Positions 1 to 8,611 of a DNA stretch of 64,000 bases are shown here, piece after piece. How positions within the stretch are numbered: the first letter of the stretch is position 1; every line of letters starts with the position of its first letter. The stretch covers positions 16,549-80,548 of the forward strand of contig JANRJF010000034.1 in NCBI GenBank assembly GCA_033764095.1, in the 5' to 3' direction. Both the position numbers and the translations under genes were made by a program. This DNA is from Deltaproteobacteria bacterium (GTDB taxonomy: Bacteria; Desulfobacterota; Binatia; HRBIN30; CADEER01). Under the pieces are notes generated by a model that worked only from the letters and a program-made list of their open reading frames with translations, was not told the DNA's origin and made no database searches.

Positions 1-465
1 CACCCGCGCCAGCGCATCGCTGGCGGCGTCGAGCACGCCGCCGTCGTCGTCGAGGGCGCGCTGCAGCGCCGCATGCAGAGCCGGAAAGGCGACCAGCCGG
101 GCCGGCAGATCGCCGAGCGCCGCCGCCTGCGCGGCGTGACGGCGGAAGTAGGCGCCGACGTCGCGCAGCGCCGCCAGCGTGGTGCGCACCTGCACCAGCG
201 TCGGCCCGTCGAGCACGAAGCCCTCGTGCGCCGCGCTGCGCAGGTGCGGGCGCACGTCGGCGACCGTCGCCAGCGGCGGCTCGCCATACTGCTCCAGCAG
301 ACGGAACATCTGCCAGGCACGCTCCAGCGCCACGTCGGCGATCGCCCGCTCGGTCACCGGCAGCAGGGCGCGACAGCGCTCCTGGCCGGCCGGCGAGACG
401 GCGAAGTCGGCGACCCGCGCGGTGACGCGGGCGAAATCGAGCGCGGCGAGGTCGCGCGGACGCAT
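1..465 (-). CDS. mutS2: Endonuclease MutS2, N-terminal part (runs off the window edge)
   Basis: Not in the ORF track. Minus-strand translation from ATG 465 gives MRPRDLAALDFARVTARVADFAVSPAGQERCRALLP...RALDDDGGVLDAASDALARV, matching the MutS2 N-terminus (L[D/E]F..., S..G...L.P, iD..G.v.D.AS..L). Confidence 0.85.
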   Translation of the reverse strand, partial: MRPRDLAALDFARVTARVADFAVSPAGQERCRALLPVTERAIADVALERAWQMFRLLEQYGEPPLATVADVRPHLRSAAHEGFVLDGPTLVQVRTTLAALRDVGAYFRRHAAQAAALGDLPARLVAFPALHAALQRALDDDGGVLDAASDALARV

Positions 466-477
466 GCGGGGATCATA
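466..477 (-). promoter_or_regulatory. Putative -10 element (TATGAT) for a leaderless mutS2 transcript
   Basis: TATGAT at 477-472, 6 nt before ATG 465; no Shine-Dalgarno. Confidence 0.55.
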
Positions 478-479
478 CC

Positions 480-571
480 GCGATGAGCGATGAGCGACGA
501 GCGATGAGATTCCAAGCCAGTGGATGCCCGCGCCCCCAACACCAGGCCCTCATCGCTCGTCGCTCATCGCT
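480..571. repeat. Palindromic element, heptamer family A (GCGATGA/GCGACGA)
   Basis: Left arm gcgatgagcgatgagcgacgagcgatgag, unique core, right arm ctcatcgctcgtcgctcatcgc (reverse complement). Confidence 0.9.
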
Positions 572-623
572 TCCGGGCGCAACTTGACTCGCCACACCCC
601 CACCGTTAGCCACTTGGCGGTAC

Positions 624-1139
624 ATGTCGGGCTGGCTCGCGGCGCGCGTGATCGGCACCTTCCTGGTGCTGATCATGGTCTTCTTCTTCATCCTGACGTG
701 GGACCCGATCCTCAAAGTGGTCGACATCGGCGCCGCGCTGGCGCAGCTGTCGGCCTGGATGAGCTACGGCGTGCTCAAGGTGATCGGCGCCATCGGCGGC
801 TTCCCGGTGCACAAGATGGGGACCATCATGGGATCGGGAAACTTCGAGGTCGACGTGGCGCCGGCCTGCTCCGGCGCGGTGCCGACCAGCATCTACCTCG
901 CCGCCGTATTCGCCTATCCGACCTCGTGGCGAGCGCGCGGCATCGGCACCGCCATCGGCATCGCCGTCATCCAGTTGGTCAACGTCGTCCGCGTCAGCGC
1001 GCTGTTCCTCGTCGGGCTGTTCTTCCACGAGATCTTCCACGACACGCACGTCTACGTGGCGCAGGCGTTGGTGGTCTGCGTCGCCGTGGCGCTGTGGCTG
1101 TACTGGGCCACGCGGTTCGCCGATGTCCCCGCGCATTAG
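624..1139 (+). CDS. xrtH: Exosortase, exosortase H-like single-domain transpeptidase
   Basis: Hydrophobic 171 aa protein with the exosortase Cys-Arg-His triad context: VAPACSG, NVVRV, HVYVAQ. TTGACT -35-like box at 584-589. Confidence 0.8.
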   Translation: MSGWLAARVIGTFLVLIMVFFFILTWDPILKVVDIGAALAQLSAWMSYGVLKVIGAIGGFPVHKMGTIMGSGNFEVDVAPACSGAVPTSIYLAAVFAYPTSWRARGIGTAIGIAVIQLVNVVRVSALFLVGLFFHEIFHDTHVYVAQALVVCVAVALWLYWATRFADVPAH

Positions 1140-1848
1140 GCCGCTGCGCTTCCTGTTGCTGCTGGTCGTCGGACTGGTCGTCACCTACCAGGCGTGGAAG
1201 CCGCTGGCGCCCGCCTACGCGCAGGTGCTGTTGCGCGCCACGCGCGTCGGCCTGTGGCTGACCGAGTTCTCCACCGACCCGAACTGGAGTCACCCAACCG
1301 CGCTGTTCATCGACACGCAGCGCAACCCAACCGGCATCTTCTACCTGCAGACCAAGCTCGGCCTCGCCACCCAACCGCCCGCCGACCAACCGCTGCTCGA
1401 CTGGCTGAAGGCCAACCCGAGCGCGCTGCGCATGGCGCCGCAGGGCATCCCGGCCGAATGGGTGATGGCCAACCTGGTGCTGCTGATCCCGCTGATGCTG
1501 GCGACGCCGGCGCCGACCTGGGGCGTGAAGGCGAAACGGCTGGGATTGGCGCTGGCGATCGCGCTGGTGCTGCAGGTGTTCGACGTCGTGGTGTCGATCA
1601 AGGCGAGCTACGCGACCGCCTTCCCGGGTGCGTTCAACCCCTTCATGACGCGCGTCTACCAGTTCTTCGACGCCTTCGTGCAGAGCTGGGACACGCAGCT
1701 CTTCCCGTTCGTCATCTGGGCCGGCATCCACTTCCGCCAGATCCTGCCGCAGCGCCTGCTGACGCCGGCGACCGGCGAGGCGCAGCGCGCGCCGGCCGCG
1801 CCGGACGGCCTGTCGCGCGCCGAACGCCGCCGCCAGATCCGGCGCTGA
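1123..1848 (+). CDS. Exosortase-associated membrane protein
   Basis: Overlaps the exosortase by 17 nt; multi-TM (NLVLLIPLMLATP..., LGLALAIALVLQV, LFPFVIWA); position and size resemble XrtH-associated partners. Confidence 0.6.
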   Translation: MSPRIRPLRFLLLLVVGLVVTYQAWKPLAPAYAQVLLRATRVGLWLTEFSTDPNWSHPTALFIDTQRNPTGIFYLQTKLGLATQPPADQPLLDWLKANPSALRMAPQGIPAEWVMANLVLLIPLMLATPAPTWGVKAKRLGLALAIALVLQVFDVVVSIKASYATAFPGAFNPFMTRVYQFFDAFVQSWDTQLFPFVIWAGIHFRQILPQRLLTPATGEAQRAPAAPDGLSRAERRRQIRR

Positions 1849-1904
1849 CGGCCGCGAGCGGGAGGCAGTTCCCCGCTCCGCCGCCGCGTGGCATACAGCC
1901 GCGC

Positions 1905-2678
1905 ATGCTGCGCGCTACCGCCGTCGCCCTGCTGCTGTTGGCCGCGCCATGCGCGGCGGTCGACATCGACACCGCCAAGCTGGTCGACCTCACCTACCCG
2001 TTCGGCGCCGAGACGATCTACTGGCCGACCGCGCAGGGATTCAAGCTGGAGGTCGTGCACCACGGCGACACGCCCGGGCACTACTGGTACGAGGCGAACA
2101 ACTACAGCGGCGCCGAGCACGGCGGCACCCACATGGACGCGCCGGCGCACTTCAGCGAGGGCAAGCTGACGGCGGACCAGGTGCCGATCGCCGCCGGCAT
2201 CGGGCCGCTGGTACGGGTCGACGTCAGCGCCGCGGCGGCGCGCGACCCCGACTACCGCCTGACGCGCGACGATCTGCTCGCCTGGGAGAGGGCGCACGGC
2301 CGCATCCCGGCCGGTGCCATCGTGGTGATGTACAGCGGCTGGGGCGCACGCTGGCCGGACAAGCTGCGCTACCTCGGCACCGACAAGGCCGGCGACGTCG
2401 CCAACCTGCATTTTCCTGGCTTCTCCAGGGAGGCGGCGGAGTTTCTGGTCGGCGAGCGCGACATCAAGGCGATCGGCGTCGACACGCCGAGCATCGACTA
2501 CGGCCCGTCGCAGGACTTCATCGTCCATCGCGTCGTCAACGGCGCCAACAAGCCCGGCTTCGAGAACCTCGCCAACCTCGACAAGCTGCCGGCCAAGGGC
2601 GCGACGCTGATCGCGCTGCCGATGCCGATCGAGGGCGGCTCGGGCGGCCCGCTGCGCGCCATCGCCATCCTGCCGTAA
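1905..2678 (+). CDS. Secreted cyclase family protein (kynurenine formamidase-like metal hydrolase)
   Basis: Signal peptide MLRATAVALLLLAAPCAA; HGGTHMDAPAHF motif; GVDTPSID; ENLANL; GSGGPLR. Confidence 0.9.
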   Translation: MLRATAVALLLLAAPCAAVDIDTAKLVDLTYPFGAETIYWPTAQGFKLEVVHHGDTPGHYWYEANNYSGAEHGGTHMDAPAHFSEGKLTADQVPIAAGIGPLVRVDVSAAAARDPDYRLTRDDLLAWERAHGRIPAGAIVVMYSGWGARWPDKLRYLGTDKAGDVANLHFPGFSREAAEFLVGERDIKAIGVDTPSIDYGPSQDFIVHRVVNGANKPGFENLANLDKLPAKGATLIALPMPIEGGSGGPLRAIAILP

Positions 2679-2683
2679 GAGCA

Positions 2684-2788
2684 GTGCCGAGCGATCAGCG
2701 ACGAGCGACCGGGAAGTGCCGAGCGATGAGCGACGAGCGATGAGGTATACGCGCGCTTCGCATCGCTCATCGCTCGTCGCTCATCGCT
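2684..2788. repeat. Palindromic element, family A, with duplicated left arm
   Basis: agtgccgagcgat(c/g)agcgacgagcga occurs twice, then catcgctcatcgctcgtcgctcatcgct. Confidence 0.9.
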
Positions 2789-3459
2789 TCCTACTGCTCG
2801 TGATGCTGGCGTCGTGCGGACGCGACAGCGCGCCACCCGCCGCGCCTCCGCACCTCGCCTTCGCCGCCACCGCGCATGATTTCGGTCGCGTCCCGCAGGG
2901 CACCGCGGTCGAGCACGAGTTTCCCTTCGTCAACGACGGCGGCGCGACGCTGAGCATCACCGAGCTGCGCGTCGCCTGCGACGCCGCCGCCGTGCTGGTC
3001 GGTCCCGGCGAGGTGCCACCGGGCGGGCGCGGCGCGGTGCGCGCGCGCTTCGACACCGCCGCGGCACCGGGTGCGCAACAGCGCACGGTGACCGTCTACA
3101 GCAACGACCCGACCCAACGCGCCGTCCTGCTGACGCTGGCCGGCAGCGTCGCACTGGACGCCGCGGCCGAGCCCGCACAGGTGTACCTCGGAACCGTGCC
3201 GCCGGGCGCCGAGCTGGCGCAGAGTGTCGCGCTGCGCGCCGGCAACGATGCGGTGCGCTTTCTCGGCGCCAGCAGCGCGGCGCCGCAGCTCGCCGTGCGC
3301 CTCGCCGACGCGGCCGACGGTCGCGCCCTGCTGATCGGCACCGTCGCCGGCGCGGCGCCCGGTCCATTCACCGCCGTGGTGCGCGTGCACACCACCAGCC
3401 CGACGCGGCCGCTGCTGGAGGTGCCGGTGGCGGGCATCATCGCCGCCCCGACGCCATGA
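2740..3459 (+). CDS. DUF1573-like Ig-fold lipoprotein
   Basis: HDFGRVPQG...F.FVNDG...L.I...C, vPPGgrG.v, TVTVYSNDP; lipobox LASC. Start ATG 2740 lies inside the repeat. Confidence 0.75.
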   Translation: MRYTRASHRSSLVAHRFLLLVMLASCGRDSAPPAAPPHLAFAATAHDFGRVPQGTAVEHEFPFVNDGGATLSITELRVACDAAAVLVGPGEVPPGGRGAVRARFDTAAAPGAQQRTVTVYSNDPTQRAVLLTLAGSVALDAAAEPAQVYLGTVPPGAELAQSVALRAGNDAVRFLGASSAAPQLAVRLADAADGRALLIGTVAGAAPGPFTAVVRVHTTSPTRPLLEVPVAGIIAAPTP

Positions 3460-4382
3460 GCGCGACAGCCGCCGCCCAACGCGCCTTCGACGTCGTCGGC
3501 TTCGGCTTCAATACCATCGATCACGTCTGTCGGGTGCCGCGGCCGCCGGGCGGCGACGGCAAGGCGCGCCTGCTCGACTACGCCGTGCTGCCGGGCGGCC
3601 AGGTGCCGACCGCACTGGTCGCGTTGCAGCGTTGGGACCTGCGCACCGCCTACGTCGGTCCACTCGGCGATGACGCCGGCGGCGTTCTGCAGCGCGAGTC
3701 GCTGACCGCGGCCGGTGTGGATCTGCGCGGCGCGCCGCTGCGACGTGGCGTCGGCAGTCACACGTCGATGATCATGGTGGACGCGGTCACCGGCGAGCGC
3801 AGTATCCTCTGGCATCGACCCGCCGGCCTGGCGCTCGCCGCCGCCGAGCTCGATCGCGCCACGCTGTCTTCCGGCCGCGCGCTGCTGCTCGATGCCGACG
3901 ACGTCGAGACCGCCATCCTCGCCGCCGGCTGGGCGCGCGACGCCGGTGCGTTGGTGATGCTCGACGTCGACGAGCCCGGCCCGCGCACCGATGCGCTGCT
4001 GGCGCTGAGCGACGTGGTGATCGTCTCCGACCGCTTCCCGCAGCGGCACACCGGCCGCGCCGACCTGCGCGAGGCGCTGCGCGCCATGCACGCCGCCGGA
4101 CCGCGCCTGGTCGCCGCGACGCTCGGTGCCGGCGGCGCGCTCGCCATCGCCGACGGCGAGTTGCTCTATGTTCCGGCGTTTCGCGTTGCGGTGGTCGACA
4201 CCACCAGCGCCGGCGACTGCTTCCACGCCGGCTGCCTCTACGGTCTGCTGCAGGGCTGGGATGCGGCACGCGCGTTGCGCTTCGCCGCCGGCGCCGCGGC
4301 GCTCGCCTGCACGCGACTCGGCGGCCGCTCCAGCGTCCCGGAGCTCGCTGCCGTCGGTGCCCTGGTCGACGGCGCGAGCTGA
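3456..4382 (+). CDS. PfkB family carbohydrate kinase
   Basis: GG...ALVAL..., VGPLGDDAGG, TLGAGGA, VVDTTSAGDCFHAG (PfkB signature 2). ATGA overlap with the upstream gene. Confidence 0.9.
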   Translation: MSATAAAQRAFDVVGFGFNTIDHVCRVPRPPGGDGKARLLDYAVLPGGQVPTALVALQRWDLRTAYVGPLGDDAGGVLQRESLTAAGVDLRGAPLRRGVGSHTSMIMVDAVTGERSILWHRPAGLALAAAELDRATLSSGRALLLDADDVETAILAAGWARDAGALVMLDVDEPGPRTDALLALSDVVIVSDRFPQRHTGRADLREALRAMHAAGPRLVAATLGAGGALAIADGELLYVPAFRVAVVDTTSAGDCFHAGCLYGLLQGWDAARALRFAAGAAALACTRLGGRSSVPELAAVGALVDGAS

Positions 4383-4433
4383 TCGCGTCGTCGAACCCGC
4401 TTCTGGGGCTCAAACCATCGCTGCTTATCGCGC

Positions 4434-4462
4434 GTAGGGGCGCGGCTTGCCGCGGCCCCTAC
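4434..4462. repeat. GTAG-class REP palindrome
   Basis: GTAGGGGCGCGGCTTGCCGCGGCCCCTAC between convergent genes. Confidence 0.75.
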
Positions 4463-4488
4463 GCACGGTGCCAGCGAATCGCCCCTTC

Positions 4489-6579
4489 TCACCTGGGCAG
4501 CAGGTTGCTGCCGGCGTGGCGCAGGATCGATTGCGGCACGTCGGCCTCGCTCTCGATGACGCGATTGCGCGCGTAGCTGAGGTTGATCGGGTAGGAGACG
4601 CCGAAGTCGTCGGTATACGGGCACGGCGCTTCGAAGCGCGGGTGCGCCCAATAGTTGCCGACGTAGCGGATGTTGCCGTAGGTGCGGCAGCCGCCGGTAT
4701 CGCTGCCGTACGGAATGAGGTCGGCGATGCAGTAGGGCGGGTACGGCAGCGGATCGAGCAGACTCGGGCACGGTCCGAAGTCGGCGAAGCCGGTCGGGTT
4801 GTCGTACGAGACGTTGCCGCGCAGCGTGACGTGGGTGCTGCCGCCGTCGGTGTAGAACGTGTTCGAGCCGGCGCGTGGGCGCTTGTGCGCGGCGACGTTG
4901 CCGGCGAGCAGCGTGCCGGTCGCCGGCGTCGGCCCCTGGCCGCCGACCGTGTAGACGGCACCGCCGTCCCACACCACGTTCACGTATTGCTCGATGCGAT
5001 TGGCGATCACCTTGGTCTCGCGCAGCACCGTCGGCGTGTCGAAGGTGCCCCACATCCCCGCCGTCGCGTCACCCAGGCCGGGAAAGCTCGGGCGGTCGAG
5101 CAGACCCCAGCCCCAGCCGATCGAGATGCCGGACCACGGCACGTCGATGATCGTGTTGTGCAGGATCGAGGTGCGCTGCGCGTAGCCGATCATGATCCCG
5201 GCGGCGTCCACGTAGTCGCGACCAGCGCGATAGATGTGGTTGTTGAAGAGCGTGTTGTCGCGCAGCAGGAAGCTCGCCGCCGGCGGCCGCGCGTCATCCA
5301 AGCCGACGCCGCCGATCTGCACCGCGGCGGAGGAGAGGTCGCGGAAGATGTTGCTGGTGACGCGGTTGCGCTGGCAGCCGACGACGAAGTCGATGCCGAC
5401 GGCGCCGAGGTGCTCGAAGGTGTTGCGGTCGAACTGCAGATCCGTGCCGAAGCGCACGCTGACGTTCCCCGGCGTGCGCGTCCAGTTGAGGTTGTCGTGG
5501 CCGGTGTAGTTCGGCGTGTGGTCGGTGCCGATGAGGTGGAAGCCGCCCTGGTCGGCGACGTAGCCGTCCGGCCCGCTCGGCTCCAGCCAGGTCGCGCCGC
5601 TGAAGGTGAGGCCGGAGAAGCGCAGCTTGGTCACCGGCTGCGTCGCGGTGCCGCGGATGTCCACCAACGTTTCGAGCAGCGGCAGTTCAACGGTCGCGGT
5701 GCGCAGGTCTTCGTTGAAGAACGGCCAGTAGTAGAGCCAGCCGCTGGCGCGATCGAGGTACCACTCGCCGGCCTGGTCGAGGAACTCGAGCGCGTTCTCG
5801 AAGCGCGTCACCTGCCAGAAGCTCCAGATGCCGGGCAGCCCGGAGGTCGCATCGCGGAACATGTTCGCGTTGGTCCAGCACGGCTCCTGCATGACCAGCA
5901 GACCGGGCGTGGTGCCGACTGGGGGCTCGACGTGGTCGATCGGGCAGCTCGCCATCTTCCATTGCGTCACCACCACCGCCTCGACGGCGCCCGGATTGGT
6001 CCACTTCGTCGGATCGGCGTAGTGCGCCGGGTTGAGAATCGGATTCGGCAGGTACTCGATGCCGCGCACCTCGCCTTCCGCCAACCCGTAGGTCGGACGG
6101 AAGCTGGCGAGAAAGTCCTGCGTGCGCGCGCGGGTGGCGCGCTGCCCGTTGACGTAGAGCTGGCGGGTCGCGAGGTCGCCAACGAAGGCGCGCTGGATGC
6201 GGCCGGAGTACGGCTGCCAGCCGCTCACCGCGATGGCGCCGGAGATCACCGGGTGGGCGCCCGGCGCGGCGCGGTAGACCACCTGCCGACCGCCGTCGCG
6301 CGCGTCGAGCTCCAGCGGCCGCGTCAGGCGGTAGGTCCCGTCCTCCAGGTTGATGAACACGGCGCGACCGCGCATGGCGCGCGCCGCGTCGCGGGCGCGC
6401 TCCAACGTCGCGAACGGCGCCGCGCGCGTGCCCGCCGCCGCGTCGCTGCCGTCGGGCGCCACCCACAGCTGCGCCGCGCCCTTCGCCGCGACGCGCGGAG
6501 CGAAGCCGAGCAGCGCGATCAGCAGCGCGCTCAGCAACGCTGCCAGGTCGGAACGTGGGGATCGGGTCGGCGCACGCAT
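4489..6579 (-). CDS. Secreted right-handed beta-helix protein (pectin lyase-like, GH141-like)
   Basis: GGAGG RBS before ATG 6579; signal peptide; WVAPDGSDAAAGT..APFATLERARDA, LEDGTYRL, ENALEFLDQAGEWY, HNTI.DVPWSGISIGWGW, DGGAVYT. Confidence 0.8.
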   Translation of the reverse strand: MRAPTRSPRSDLAALLSALLIALLGFAPRVAAKGAAQLWVAPDGSDAAAGTRAAPFATLERARDAARAMRGRAVFINLEDGTYRLTRPLELDARDGGRQVVYRAAPGAHPVISGAIAVSGWQPYSGRIQRAFVGDLATRQLYVNGQRATRARTQDFLASFRPTYGLAEGEVRGIEYLPNPILNPAHYADPTKWTNPGAVEAVVVTQWKMASCPIDHVEPPVGTTPGLLVMQEPCWTNANMFRDATSGLPGIWSFWQVTRFENALEFLDQAGEWYLDRASGWLYYWPFFNEDLRTATVELPLLETLVDIRGTATQPVTKLRFSGLTFSGATWLEPSGPDGYVADQGGFHLIGTDHTPNYTGHDNLNWTRTPGNVSVRFGTDLQFDRNTFEHLGAVGIDFVVGCQRNRVTSNIFRDLSSAAVQIGGVGLDDARPPAASFLLRDNTLFNNHIYRAGRDYVDAAGIMIGYAQRTSILHNTIIDVPWSGISIGWGWGLLDRPSFPGLGDATAGMWGTFDTPTVLRETKVIANRIEQYVNVVWDGGAVYTVGGQGPTPATGTLLAGNVAAHKRPRAGSNTFYTDGGSTHVTLRGNVSYDNPTGFADFGPCPSLLDPLPYPPYCIADLIPYGSDTGGCRTYGNIRYVGNYWAHPRFEAPCPYTDDFGVSYPINLSYARNRVIESEADVPQSILRHAGSNLLPR

Positions 6580-6734
6580 GGCTCTACCTCCGGAGCGCCC
6601 TCGAGGAGCAAGACAAATGCCGCGTCGTTCGCAATGCGAGCTGGGTGAGTCGGCGCGCGCCGGCCGCGTCGCGCGGCACAACGCCACCCGCGCAGCGCCA
6701 CTTTCTTGATGATGGGCGAGGCGGCCAACCCACG

Positions 6735-6774
6735 TTGACTCGGACGCGCCGATTGGTAGAACTGACCAGTCAGT
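6735..6774 (+). promoter_or_regulatory. Sigma70-like promoter with TetR-type operator
   Basis: TTGACT (6735-6740) and TAGAAC (6757-6762), overlapped by the palindrome ACTGAC-CA-GTCAGT (6761-6774), just upstream of tetR. Confidence 0.6.
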
Positions 6775-6794
6775 ACCGGAATTCAGCCCCTTCC

Positions 6795-7430
6795 ATGCGC
6801 GGACGAAAGAAGAGCGAAGACACCCGTGCGGCCATCCTGCGCTGCGCCTCGGAGGTGTTCTCCGAGCGGCCCTATCACGAGGTGCTGACCGACGAGATCA
6901 GCGGCCGGCTGCGCATCGGCAAGGGCACGCTCTATCGCTACTTCACCTCGAAGGAAGACCTCTACTTCGCCACCCTGGTGGACGGGCTGAAGGGCATGCA
7001 GGAGGCGATCGACGGCGTGCTGACGACGCGCGCGCCGCTCGAGCGCACGATCGAGGCGCTGACCCGCACCATCGTCGGCTACTTCTGGCAGCGGCGCGAC
7101 TTCTTCGTCCTGCTGCACCGGCACGAGACCAAGCTCGACCCGAGCGAGCGGGTCGAGTGGGAACAGCAGCGCGAAGCGGTGGTGGCGCGCGTCGGCGACC
7201 GCATCGCGGCCGAGCTCGGCCGCACCCGCGTCGATCCGCGGCTGGCGGTGGAGATGTTGTTCGGCATGATCCGTTCGGCGTGCCTGTATCGCGACGAGAC
7301 GGCGCGCCCCGACGACCTGGCGCGCCTGGTGACGCGCACCTTCCTGGGCGGCGTGCGCGCCGCCTTCCAGCCCCGCGCGACGCGCGCAGCGACGGCAAAT
7401 GGCAAGCGAGCGGCGGGAGGCAAGGCGTGA
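6795..7430 (+). CDS. TetR/AcrR family transcriptional regulator
   Basis: TRAAILRCASEVFSERPY...IGKGTLYRYFTSKEDL helix-turn-helix. Confidence 0.92.
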   Translation: MRGRKKSEDTRAAILRCASEVFSERPYHEVLTDEISGRLRIGKGTLYRYFTSKEDLYFATLVDGLKGMQEAIDGVLTTRAPLERTIEALTRTIVGYFWQRRDFFVLLHRHETKLDPSERVEWEQQREAVVARVGDRIAAELGRTRVDPRLAVEMLFGMIRSACLYRDETARPDDLARLVTRTFLGGVRAAFQPRATRAATANGKRAAGGKA

Positions 7431-8578
7431 GGCACGTGATCGAGTGCGCCGGTGTGCCGGTGCGCCGGTTTGCCGGTATCGACATTTCTACTTACCGGCG
7501 CACCGGCGCACCGGCGCACCGGCAGACCCTGCTTCCGCTGCTCGCCGCGATCGCGCTTCTCGCCGGCGCGTGCGCCAACCCATCCGACTCGCAGACCATC
7601 GCGACACCGACGGCGGGCAAGGCGGAGGAGACGCTGCAGGTGACGGTGGTGCCGGTGTCGTTCCGGCCGACCAAGCGGCTGTTGAAGTTCGTCGGCACGT
7701 TGTTCGGCAACCAGGAAGTGACGTTGTCGAGCCAGGTCGAGGGGCAGATCGAGAAGCTGTCGGTGGACCTCGGCGACCACGTCACGCAGGGCCAGGTGCT
7801 GGCCGAGGTGGACGACACCAGCGCGCGCGCGCAGCTGCGCGAGGTCGAGGCGCGGCTCGCCAAGGCGCGCGCCGACGAGGCGCGCGGTCGCGAGCTGATG
7901 AAGAGCAACGTCATCTCGCCGCAGGAATACGAGCAGATGCAGACCAACGTCGCGGTCGCCGAGGCGCAGCGCGACGGTATGAACGTGCAGCTGGAGCACA
8001 AGCACGTGCGCTCGCCGCTGACCGGTGCGGTGGTGAAGCGGCTGGTGTCGGTCGGCGAGTACGTGCGACCGGGCACGCCGTTGTTCGACCTGGTGGCCGA
8101 CGATCCGCTCACGCTGCGCGGCGACGTGCCGGAGCGCTTCGCCGACGAGGTCGCGGTCGGCCAGCCGGTGCAGATCAAGGTCGACGCCTACCCCGACGAC
8201 GCGTTCGAAGGGCGCCTGCTGCGCGTCAGCCCGGCGGCCAACGCGGAGAATCGCTCGATCACCGTCGAGGCGGAGGTGCCGAACGCCGACCATCGGCTGA
8301 AACCGGGCTTCTTCTCTGCCGCCAACATCGTCACCCGCGCCGACGACGAAGCGCTGGTGGTCCCCGAGACCGCGGTGGTCACCTTCGCCGGCGTCACCAA
8401 GCTGTTCGTCGTGCGCGACGGCATCGCCTACGAGCGCCACGTGCGCGTCGGCACGCGCGACGACCAGGGCCTGGTCGAGGTCATCGAGGGCCTGCACGCC
8501 GACGAAGTGGTCGCCACCTCCGGCCTCGCCAAGCTCGAAAACGGCATGGCGGTGGCGGTGCGCAAGGGCGACAGCTGA
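7427..8578 (+). CDS. RND efflux membrane fusion (adaptor) lipoprotein
   Basis: GTG overlaps the tetR stop, preceded by GGAGG; lipobox LAGAC; lipoyl halves VEGQIEKLSVDLGDHV.QGQVL and VRSPLTGAV..RLVSVGEYV; LKPGFF. Confidence 0.88.
   Translation: MRHVIECAGVPVRRFAGIDISTYRRTGAPAHRQTLLPLLAAIALLAGACANPSDSQTIATPTAGKAEETLQVTVVPVSFRPTKRLLKFVGTLFGNQEVTLSSQVEGQIEKLSVDLGDHVTQGQVLAEVDDTSARAQLREVEARLAKARADEARGRELMKSNVISPQEYEQMQTNVAVAEAQRDGMNVQLEHKHVRSPLTGAVVKRLVSVGEYVRPGTPLFDLVADDPLTLRGDVPERFADEVAVGQPVQIKVDAYPDDAFEGRLLRVSPAANAENRSITVEAEVPNADHRLKPGFFSAANIVTRADDEALVVPETAVVTFAGVTKLFVVRDGIAYERHVRVGTRDDQGLVEVIEGLHADEVVATSGLAKLENGMAVAVRKGDS
7444..7524. repeat. Palindromic element, octamer family B (GCACCGGC)
   Basis: gtgcgccggtgtgccggtgcgccggtttgccggta ... 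taccggcgcaccggcgcaccggcgcaccggca, inside the 5' end of the adaptor gene. Confidence 0.85.
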
Positions 8579-8611
8579 TGCGCGGCGCGGGCTCGTCGGC
8601 GGCGTAGCGCC

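Noticed and set aside
480-571. Palindromic elements as mini-CRISPR arrays or simple Rho-independent terminators
   Set aside because: Arms are inverted rather than direct, lack U-tracts, and several lie between divergent genes or inside 5' coding regions.
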